IMG/VR virus record: IMGVR_UViG_3300045988_078088
Span: 1 to 19,154 of that record
Length of the DNA stretch: 19,154 nt
Source: a virus
Direction: 5' to 3' (one strand)
The translations under genes were made by a program, and so were the position numbers. Below are positions 5,335 through 12,886 of this stretch, one piece after another. Below the pieces are notes generated by a model. That model was not told the DNA's origin. It was given only the letters and a program-made list of their open reading frames with translations, and ran no database searches. Numbering within the stretch: position 1 is the first letter of the stretch; the number at the start of each line of letters is the position of its first letter.

Positions 5335-5503
5335 GTCTTGTGAGCGTCGATTTTCGACTGGGAGCAACATGAGTCGGATTGCCACGGCTGAAAACGCCGC
5401 CGAACATGAAATCACTATCGTGGCGGTAGTGCCCTACGATTTTCGACTCGCGCTCTGATAGGACAGTTAGACCCCCGCGTGATTGCGGGGGTCATTTTAT
5501 TTT
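5335..5503 (+). ncRNA. Candidate small structured RNA (possible pRNA analogue), or alternatively a 30-42 codon micro-ORF
   Basis: The unit is bounded by the promoter element at 5320-5328 and the intrinsic terminator at 5470-5503. No + strand ORF reaches 60 aa. Long-range complementarity exists between 5342-5350 and 5443-5455, and between 5378-5387 and 5418-5427. See findings. Confidence 0.25.
5470..5503 (+). terminator. Rho-independent terminator ending the early region
   Basis: GACCCCCGC (5470-5478) pairs with GCGGGGGTC (5485-5493) around a 6-nt loop, followed by ATTTTATTTT. Confidence 0.8.
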
Positions 5504-5511
5504 CCGCCGCA

Positions 5512-5520
5512 TGATATAAT
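5512..5520 (+). promoter_or_regulatory. Extended -10 promoter TGaTATAAT: candidate late promoter
   Basis: TG-a-TATAAT at 5512-5520 lies directly after the early terminator and about 37 nt upstream of the scaffold ATG, whose RBS AAGGAG is at 5545-5550. Confidence 0.5.
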
Positions 5521-5556
5521 TTTAGTGAAAACATTGCTAATCGTAAGGAGTTTTGC

Positions 5557-5844
5557 ATGGCAGACACAAATACCGACGGAGAGGAAACCACTACTCCGCC
5601 GCCGACCGAAGAGGAACAGCAGACGGAAACTGTGGACGACGAGGTTAAGCCGAAAGAGGAGCCGGAACCGGAACCGAAGCAGGAACCGGACGTTTCCGCA
5701 CGACTTGACGCGATTGAAAAGGAATTGGCCGCATTGAAAGCCATGATGGATACGCTCGGCTACAACGACCCCGCACCGTCTGATAACGACAATGACGGCG
5801 ACAACGACAATGATGGCGAGTCCATCGAAGATTTGTTTGACTAA
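5557..5844 (+). CDS. Putative scaffolding protein, 95 aa, strongly acidic
   Basis: The gene lies immediately upstream of the capsid gene, as phi29 gp7 does, and is of similar size. It has a central helical segment (ARLDAIEKELAALKAMMD) flanked by D/E/P-rich tails, and a strong RBS. Confidence 0.55.
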   Translation: MADTNTDGEETTTPPPTEEEQQTETVDDEVKPKEEPEPEPKQEPDVSARLDAIEKELAALKAMMDTLGYNDPAPSDNDNDGDNDNDGESIEDLFD

Positions 5845-5865
5845 AATAGGTTAGGAGATAACATA

Positions 5866-7584
5866 ATGTCTAATGTTCGACCGCTGGCCGGTAAAGGTGA
5901 CGTTGAGATTTTCAACGCCGTGCGTTCCGCCACTTCACCGCAGTTCCAGACCCGTATTCCGTCCGCGACGCAAGGCAATATCCGCAACGCGGTGGACACC
6001 ATGCGCAACTTCCCCTACCTGCGAGACGAGTTTACGGGGGTGTTAATCCAGAGACTGATTGGTCTTTACGTCCAACATGCGGACTGGGATGACCCACTGA
6101 AGCTGATTGGTTCGCCGCGCACCCTCAAGCGCTATGGCAGTACCTACGAGCAGGCCGCAGTCGGCTTGGTCAAGGCACGCACTCGTAACTTCAACGAAGA
6201 ATATTTGGGCGATGACGTGTATGGCCGCTACTCGCTGCCGACCGCTTCGGTGTTCCACCCTCTGACTTTCGACCACTATTACCCCGTCACCATTCCGGAA
6301 GACGCTTTGCTTACTGCATTCGACGGCGAAAGCGGCATGTCGGATTACATCGCTGAAATCATGAACGCGCCTATCCTCTCGGATAGAAACGACATGTACC
6401 TGATGAAGACGCAGACGTTTGCCGAATACGCTCGTAAGGGTGGCTTCTACCGCGTGCATACCCCCGACGTTGGTAAGGCCGACTCGACCGAAGCGGACGC
6501 GAAGGGCCTGCTACGTCTTATTCAGCAGGTGGCGAACGAATTGAAGGCGTCGCCAATGAGCGCCATGCCGCGCTACAACGCAATGAGCTGGGTGACTCCG
6601 TGGCGCAATAACGAAGCCATCCTCTTCGCCACTCCGCAGGTTATCGCCGCGCTTAACGTCGAAGCCCTCGCCGCAGCGTTCAACATCGACAGGATCAACG
6701 TACCGTATCGCATTATCCCGATTCCAGAGGATATGTTCGGTATCGGCGGTGCGGCTGGTAAGGTTCAGGCGATTCTGACCACAGAAGACTTCTTCTTCTG
6801 CTGGGACGAGATGTTGGAAACGACGAACAGCCCAGTGAACCCGATTGACGGCACGCGCAACATTTTCTACAAGCATCGTGGCAGCATCACCCCTAATCCT
6901 TTTGCTAACGCCATCCTCTTTTGGACGGGCGAAGGCTCCAACGAGTCCGTGACTCCGCCGAACACGCTCACCACCTCTACGCCTAAGTTCGAACTGCGTG
7001 TGAAGAAGTATGGTCAGCCTGCCATCACTCCGCAAGACGTGTCGCGTGGTGACTTGGTGCAGGTGGTTTCCACTATCACGAGCGCCAACGAGGAGACGGC
7101 TACGTTCCAGCCAACCGGCATCAAGTATGCTGTCGAGGGTGCCACCTCGCAGTTTACGACCATCGACAACGACGGTATTCTGCGTTGCGGCCTTGACGAA
7201 ACCGCCGAAGTGCTGAAAGTCACGGCTCAGGCAACCTACATCAATCCGGCCACGCCTGAAATCGACCAGACGGTTTCCGCCGCACTGTCCGTGCCGGTGG
7301 TTGGCGCTTGGCTTGGTGGTTGGAAAGCCGGAGCCATCGAGTCTATTAAGATTCAGGGCGAAAAGACGGTCAAGGTCAAGGGGTATGTAGCGCTTAAGGC
7401 CATTGCCACCAAGACGGACGGCAACACCGCGGACGTGACCAACCTCGCCATGTGGACTGTGGACGATAAAGCGACCATCACGCCTAACGGCGTGCTGACC
7501 GGAACCACTGCCGGTACCGCTAACGTTTCCGTGAAGTTTGCGGGAGCCACCGGAACGGCACAAGTCACCGTCACCGCACAGTGA
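5866..7584 (+). CDS. Major capsid protein (phi29 gp8-like) with C-terminal Ig-like (Big_2-type) domain(s), 572 aa
   Basis: Collinear matches by eye to phi29 gp8. EIFNAVRSA matches [30 protein letters not shown] matches [31 protein letters not shown] matches VLAKAFNMNR, and [10 protein letters not shown] matches VSRFANAVAF. The C-terminus ...[28 protein letters not shown] is typical of Big_2. Confidence 0.93.
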   Translation: [572 protein letters not shown]

Positions 7585-7601
7585 TGACAGCTAGCCGGTA
7601 A

Positions 7602-7642
7602 AATAGGTGTGGATAGACTTTTATCCACACCTATTATTTTTT
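7602..7642 (+). terminator. Rho-independent terminator/attenuator after the capsid gene
   Basis: AATAGGTGTGGATA (7602-7615) pairs with TATCCACACCTATT (7622-7635) around a 6-nt loop, followed by ATTTTTT. The next gene's RBS follows directly with no promoter in between. Confidence 0.8.
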
Positions 7643-7653
7643 AGGAGGACCTT

Positions 7654-9882
7654 ATGAGCGCGAACGACTTGCCGATTAATTTCTCGTACGCCAAGTGGAC
7701 ACCGAACACCAAATTCAAGCTTTGTAACGTGCCGTGGGATATGGGTTACAGGGATATTGTCAAATGGAATAGGCAAGCCCAGAAAGAGTATTTCGACGGT
7801 TTGGATGGCATCGAGTTCACGGACTGCACGATGGCGAAATACGGACTGCCGGTGCGACTGCCGGTGCCGTTCGTGCAAGCGTCGCGATACAATTATTTAA
7901 TTGCAACGAATGATTATGACTTCGATACACCCCGTTCATGGTATTACTTTATTCAGACGTGCGATTACGTCAACGCCCACACCACACAATTGAACATCCA
8001 ACTTGATGTGTGGCAGAGTTTCCAACATGACATCCAACTTGGCAACGCCTATGTGGAACGGGGGCATATCGGGGTTGCGAACGAGAACGCTTGGAAAGAT
8101 TACGGACGCACCTATCTGGACTTGCCTGAAGGACTCGATACCGGCAAGGCCATGGTGGTTACCGGACAGCAGTATAAAAGTCTGATTGGCGAAACGAACG
8201 GGTACACCACCTTCGGCGTGATCGTGGCGTCAACCACAAAACTGGACACTGACCCCGGCACGGCGACCGCGCCGAAAACCACGTGCGCGGACGGAAGCGC
8301 CTTTGAAAATCATACGAACGGGACTGCTTTATACTATTTCTCGGACGCTTTGGACTTCCTCGCCGTGATGGGCGCTGGCGCGGAATATCCTTGGGTGACA
8401 CAGGGTATTTGCGGAATCTACGCCATACCACAGCTCCCCGACTCATTGCTGGAAAACCAGCAGAAGCCGGGCGTGTTCTTTAATCACATGATCGATTGGC
8501 GCGGCGACTGCTACCGGCTTGAGATACGGCATAATGACGCCAGAAGTCGCTACGCCGACATCATCCATATTGCAAATTTTCGTGATAATTTCAAGCTACC
8601 GGAACGATACAAGTATCTCCAAAAATTCCGCACTGCACCATATGCGATACTGGAGTGTTCTTGTCTTAACGGCACTGTGATTACCTACAATCCTGAGCAG
8701 ATTCCGAGTGCTGACCTGACTATCCGGGAGTCGTGGGACTATGCCCCCCCTTCTCCGCGACTTAATTTTTATCCGCGCGGATACAACGCAGGTGATGTCA
8801 GCGAACAGTCGCCGTTGCCGAACGATTCCGGATTGCCGATTGATTCCGGCGAAATGCTCAACGCGAGTTTCGGTATCACCAATTTTCCAACCTTTATGAC
8901 GGTTAACAACGGTAGCGCCTTGGCCTTGGCTAATAGTGCCTACACGAGGGCGTATGCGCAACAGTCGGCCGATTGGGCACAGCAGAAAACGCAAATGGGC
9001 ATCAACAACGCCTACGCTCAAGCGCAACTCGGCACCCAGTACGCGAGTGCGCAGAACCAGCTTGGCACCAGCAACCGTAACGCAATGATGTCTATCAACA
9101 ATCAAGCCGCGCAGATGTCGGCCGACCTGACGCTGAAAAACCTGAGCTTCGGCAACCGAATGAACCAACTCAATACCATTGGCTCCGGTGTGGCGAACGC
9201 AGTCGGTTCCGCAGTCGCCGGCAGCGTTGGCGGCGTAGTCGGCGCCGTGGCGGGCACGGCCATCGGCGCGGTGGCGAACCAAATGTCGTACAACAATGCC
9301 GTAGACTCCAACAGTCAGCAATTGTCTAACACGTTGGCAACGAACGGCGCAACCACCTCACAGTCGAATGCCTACAGCCTTGCACAAACAAACCTCAGCA
9401 ATCAGCAGACTATGCAGTTTGCGGACATGAACCGGCAACTCGCGCAGGCCACCGCGCAAGGCGATTATGAAAACACTATCGCCGGTATCAACGCGCAAGT
9501 GCAACAGACTCAAACCATACCCCCTACCACGTCCGGCGCGTTGGGTGGCGACGCGTTCAATCTTGCGAACGGACTAATCGGCGTCATGGTACGGTTCAGG
9601 CAGATACCACCGGCCGCCATGCGCTCCATTGGCGAAGTGTGGCTAAGGTTCGGGTATTACGTGCAGCGATTTATGCAACTGCCGGAAAATCTCATGGCAA
9701 TGAGTAATTTCACTTACTGGAAACTCCACGAACTGTACATTCGTAGCTCGACGTGTCCGGAAGAGTACCGATTGACAGTCAAAGGTATTTTTGAGTCCGG
9801 TGTGACGGTGTGGAATGACCCTGACAAAATCGGCGTGACCGATTACGCGGATAATACGCCGCTATCAGGTATCGCATACTAG
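7654..9882 (+). CDS. Tail knob protein (phi29 gp9-like), 742 aa
   Basis: At the N-terminus, WYYFIQTCDYVNAHTTQLNIQLDVWQSF matches phi29 [29 protein letters not shown]. At the C-terminus, IPPTTSGALGGDAFN...FGYYVQRF...GVTVWN matches IPPQLTKMGGNTAFD...YGYKINRV...GITLWH. A central Gly/Ala-rich hydrophobic stretch lies at the position of the gp9 membrane-active loop. Confidence 0.85.
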   Translation: MSANDLPINFSYAKWTPNTKFKLCNVPWDMGYRDIVKWNRQAQKEYFDGLDGIEFTDCTMAKYGLPVRLPVPFVQASRYNYLIATNDYDFDTPRSWYYFIQTCDYVNAHTTQLNIQLDVWQSFQHDIQLGNAYVERGHIGVANENAWKDYGRTYLDLPEGLDTGKAMVVTGQQYKSLIGETNGYTTFGVIVASTTKLDTDPGTATAPKTTCADGSAFENHTNGTALYYFSDALDFLAVMGAGAEYPWVTQGICGIYAIPQLPDSLLENQQKPGVFFNHMIDWRGDCYRLEIRHNDARSRYADIIHIANFRDNFKLPERYKYLQKFRTAPYAILECSCLNGTVITYNPEQIPSADLTIRESWDYAPPSPRLNFYPRGYNAGDVSEQSPLPNDSGLPIDSGEMLNASFGITNFPTFMTVNNGSALALANSAYTRAYAQQSADWAQQKTQMGINNAYAQAQLGTQYASAQNQLGTSNRNAMMSINNQAAQMSADLTLKNLSFGNRMNQLNTIGSGVANAVGSAVAGSVGGVVGAVAGTAIGAVANQMSYNNAVDSNSQQLSNTLATNGATTSQSNAYSLAQTNLSNQQTMQFADMNRQLAQATAQGDYENTIAGINAQVQQTQTIPPTTSGALGGDAFNLANGLIGVMVRFRQIPPAAMRSIGEVWLRFGYYVQRFMQLPENLMAMSNFTYWKLHELYIRSSTCPEEYRLTVKGIFESGVTVWNDPDKIGVTDYADNTPLSGIAY

Positions 9883-9884
9883 AT

Positions 9885-9924
9885 ATAATGGAGAGAGCAT
9901 ATTAAGCTCTCTCCATTATTTTTA
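9885..9924 (+). terminator. Rho-independent terminator/attenuator after the tail knob gene
   Basis: A 14-bp stem pairs 9885-9898 (ATAATGGAGAGAGC) with 9906-9919 (GCTCTCTCCATTAT) around the 7-nt loop atattaa, followed by TTTTT. Confidence 0.7.
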
Positions 9925-9936
9925 AGGACGGTGATT

Positions 9937-10881
9937 ATGGGTAAGCGCAATAACGCGCGTAAAGCCGCGCATTGGGATAACCAGAGCGTGCTTGGCTCAA
10001 TGTGGGGCAACCTCAATCTCCCTGAAATGCGCCAAAGTCTCCGCATCAACCAGTACATGAAACTGATTGAAATGTTGGCGGTGTCGCGTTTCAAATGGAT
10101 TAACCTGCCCCCCTATATCGATGAAAGATATTTGGAACTAACCCTATTCGAGAATGGCTTGGCCCTCTTCTTCCCTGATGAACGTAAGGGAGTACGCCGT
10201 TTTATGGTCACGTCGGGCAATATCGGCGGAGTCAACAACTACAATAATCCAACATCATTCCAGCCGGTAGCCACGAATTACTCTCACCCGCAAATCGGCT
10301 CAAAAGAATGTGTTCCTATTTGGGACAATCAGCTGCGTTGCACCATGATCGATGTCATGTGGAATTACGCCACGCGTTTAGCCATCGCGGACAGAGCACT
10401 GGACGTCAACTTGGATAACATTTCGGTGCCGTTGATTATCGCCACGTCCGAAGCCAACAAACTCACCGCACAGAATCTTATTAAGGCGCGTGAAGACGGA
10501 GACCCTTATATCTACGCGTATGACAGCGCGGATATCACCGGAATGTTTCAAACCTTTCCAAACATGACGCCCTTTATGGCGGATAAAATCATTACGACGA
10601 AAACGCAGATTTGGAACGAGCTTGTGAACTACCTCGGTATCGACAACAGTACGACGGAAAAGAAAGAACGTCTGCTTGAGTCGGAAGTGACGGCTGGGAA
10701 CAGTCGTACGAACGTGTTCCGCCTGAGCTATCTTAAGGCGCGTCAACAGGCGTGCGATACGATTAACCGGTTGTGGCCGCAAATGGCGGACTTAGGCAAA
10801 CCAATAAGCATTGAATGGAACGACACTACTTCGGGCGGTTTGCTGGATGTTGACGGAAACAAGGAGGAAGACGAACGATGA
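9937..10881 (+). CDS. Head-tail connector / portal (phi29 gp10-like), 314 aa
   Basis: [16 protein letters not shown] matches phi29 [46 protein letters not shown] matches [46 protein letters not shown] matches FLKSREEACEKINELY. AAGGA lies 8 nt before ATG 9937. Size is close to gp10. Confidence 0.93.
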   Translation: [314 protein letters not shown]

Positions 10882-11690
10882 CGCAGGACTTGAGCATGTA
10901 TGCCGTCAAAGACAGCATGGCGGATTACACTTTGACCCTTGGCAATCTTATTGACCGAGGGCTTGACACGGACGAAAAACTGCACCTATCCTCGCAGTAT
11001 TACCCGATTTTCGACGAAAACTATCGTGCGAAATTGAATGAAAAAATCGTGGCGCACTACGCACTACGCGAGATTGGTTCGGAAACACCACAAATGTTCG
11101 TGTTTTATCTAGGCAGGACAATGCGCGAGCAGATGGACTATTTCAATCAACTGTATTTGTCCGCTCAACATAAGTTTGACCCATTTATCACTTCCGATAT
11201 CAAGCAAACTATGGACTCTACCAGCACGAACGAGTCCAGCGGAAAATCGAGCGGCACACAGTCGAACGAGTCTACGGCAAACAGCACGTCCGACACCACC
11301 GCCGACAATTCGTCAATGACGTTTAATTCTGAGTTTCCGCAGACACGTATTGACGATTTCAAGCAATTCGCCACCAGCGCATCGCAGACGGACTCTACCG
11401 GCAACACGCATACATCCTCCAAGCAGGACAGTAGCACCACCGCGTCCAGTATCAGCAACACCGATTACGCGCATTCGTCCGACAAAGGCAATAGTATGTC
11501 GCATACGATCGGCACCAGCGGTTCGCAATCACAGCTGTTGCAGGACTGGCGTAATACCATGATCAATATTGACATGATGGTTATAAACTCGCTCGAAGAT
11601 CTGTTTTTAGGCATGTGGGGTAGTGGCGACAACATGACCAACGTGCCGCAGCTTTACAGCACCTCGTTAGCCTACAATCTCGGTCACTAG
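10878..11690 (+). CDS. Lower collar protein (phi29 gp11-like), 270 aa
   Basis: The ATGA overlap with the connector stop suggests translational coupling. The motif YYPIFDENYRAKLNEKIVAHYALREIGSET...YFNQLY matches what I recall for gp11-family lower collar proteins. There is a central Ser/Thr-rich stretch. Position matches phi29 gene 11. Confidence 0.7.
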   Translation: MTQDLSMYAVKDSMADYTLTLGNLIDRGLDTDEKLHLSSQYYPIFDENYRAKLNEKIVAHYALREIGSETPQMFVFYLGRTMREQMDYFNQLYLSAQHKFDPFITSDIKQTMDSTSTNESSGKSSGTQSNESTANSTSDTTADNSSMTFNSEFPQTRIDDFKQFATSASQTDSTGNTHTSSKQDSSTTASSISNTDYAHSSDKGNSMSHTIGTSGSQSQLLQDWRNTMINIDMMVINSLEDLFLGMWGSGDNMTNVPQLYSTSLAYNLGH

Positions 11691-11721
11691 AGTATACTTG
11701 ACATTGACAGATTGGAGGATT

Positions 11722-12321
11722 ATGAACGGGATAAACCTATGCGCCGCACCGCTCGACATTGACCCGCGACAGCGGTATTTCACTACCGTGCAACCGTTCT
11801 CGTACCGTGACACGCTTACCGTGCTCGGTTACGTGCAGGAAGTGGCCGAACATGTGGACGAATTACGCGAACAGCTCGACAACCTCGCCAAGGACGAAAA
11901 CGCGGACATCGAAGCCATCAAACAGCTGATAGCCGGTTTCAACGAACAGTTCGAGCGCATCAACAAAACCTTGGACGATCTGGAAAAACAAGTCGGACAA
12001 TATGAAGACTCTGCCTTAACCTATAATCCGACTCGTGGCAAGTATGAAGACTCGAAAAACACGAATCGAGACATGTACCGTGAGCTTGCCGTTTTCGGCG
12101 CACGCGTCAACCAAATGGCCCAACTATCCACGCCAATGGCCGCAGCGCACACGTGTCTTGAGTTCGCCGTGCTCGGCAACAAAACCATTTTCCACAACGA
12201 TGAGCCACGTATCACGCCACGCGACGTACACGTGGATGACGGCGAACCCGTCAATCCGCTATCGGTTGAAAATCTCGCCAATGGCGTCGTGGTCAATAAT
12301 TTTATGAAAACCGCAAAATAA
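11722..12321 (+). CDS. Structural protein with central coiled coil, 199 aa (function unknown)
   Basis: This is track ORF 11698..12321. ATG 11722 follows GGAGGA, though the spacer is short. There is a heptad-like acidic helix (VAEHVDELREQLDNLAKDENADIEAIKQLIAGFNEQFERINKTLDDLEKQ). It lies in the tail/appendage block. Confidence 0.6.
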   Translation: MNGINLCAAPLDIDPRQRYFTTVQPFSYRDTLTVLGYVQEVAEHVDELREQLDNLAKDENADIEAIKQLIAGFNEQFERINKTLDDLEKQVGQYEDSALTYNPTRGKYEDSKNTNRDMYRELAVFGARVNQMAQLSTPMAAAHTCLEFAVLGNKTIFHNDEPRITPRDVHVDDGEPVNPLSVENLANGVVVNNFMKTAK

Positions 12322-12339
12322 TAGGAAGGATTACGGCAA

Positions 12340-12693
12340 ATGACCAGCAAAACCCCAAATTATAATCTTGAAAAGTATGATGCGACGGACGCGCCCAACC
12401 TTGAGGGGCAATACAATCGCTCAATGGACATCCTCGATACGACGCTGAAAACGCAGTCGGATAAGATTGACGCCATTCCGACGCCGGAGTCACTGCCGGA
12501 AGGATTGAGCGAGTTCGCCACCGCTCTCGGATTGAGCACCGCTAACGCCAACGCGCTCGGCACCGCGCTTAATCATCTCCTCAACCGTGTCCCCGCAACC
12601 GGTGGCGGACAGTTCACCGTCAAAAACCTTAATGACACAAAGGTCACTGCGGAGGGTCTGCCGTTCGTTTCCACCACTGCTTCAGGAGATTGA
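12340..12693 (+). CDS. Appendage/fibre-related protein, 117 aa, carrying the shared N-terminal motif
   Basis: The RBS is AGGAAGGA. N-terminal NYNLEKYDATDAPNLEGQYNRSMDILD is paralogous to the N-termini of the next two ORFs. Confidence 0.65.
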   Translation: MTSKTPNYNLEKYDATDAPNLEGQYNRSMDILDTTLKTQSDKIDAIPTPESLPEGLSEFATALGLSTANANALGTALNHLLNRVPATGGGQFTVKNLNDTKVTAEGLPFVSTTASGD

Positions 12694-12698
12694 CGGTT

Positions 12699-12881
12699 AT
12701 GAAAGACAGTCAGCAGACCACGCCCGTGGACTCCGCCGCATACGATGTGACGCGACATTTTGGACTGCCGCTCTATAACGACGTAACACCAATGGACATG
12801 CGCGACGGCTACAACCGCGCCATGCGCATGATCGACCAAATTCTCAACCAACTGCAAACTCAGATTCGAGAAAAGGACTAA
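12699..12881 (+). CDS. Appendage/fibre-related miniprotein, 60 aa, consisting almost only of the shared N-terminal motif
   Basis: CAGGAG lies 10 nt before ATG 12699, in frame with track ORF 12690. It contains FGLPLYNDVTPMDMRDGYNRAMRMIDQ. Confidence 0.5.
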   Translation: MKDSQQTTPVDSAAYDVTRHFGLPLYNDVTPMDMRDGYNRAMRMIDQILNQLQTQIREKD

Positions 12882-12886
12882 CGGCA

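Noticed and set aside
5415-5744. 109-aa minus-strand ORF spanning the early/late intergenic region
   Set aside because: It is antisense to the acidic scaffold gene, giving a Ser/Gly-rich mirror translation. It would also run through the early terminator and late promoter.
6511-7563. 350-aa ORF on the minus strand
   Set aside because: It is fully antisense to the capsid gene, which has strong phi29 gp8 similarity. The Arg/Gly-rich composition is typical of a shadow frame, and there is no RBS.
8596-9321. 241-aa minus-strand ORF
   Set aside because: It is antisense to the low-complexity part of the tail knob gene. This is a shadow ORF produced by the biased Q/N/A codon composition.
9884-9889. 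TATAAT hexamers at 9884-9889, 14830-14835, 12360-12365 and 17159-17164 as internal promoters
   Set aside because: None has an upstream TG or a -35 partner at proper spacing. The first two sit inside hairpin stems or loops and the other two inside genes.
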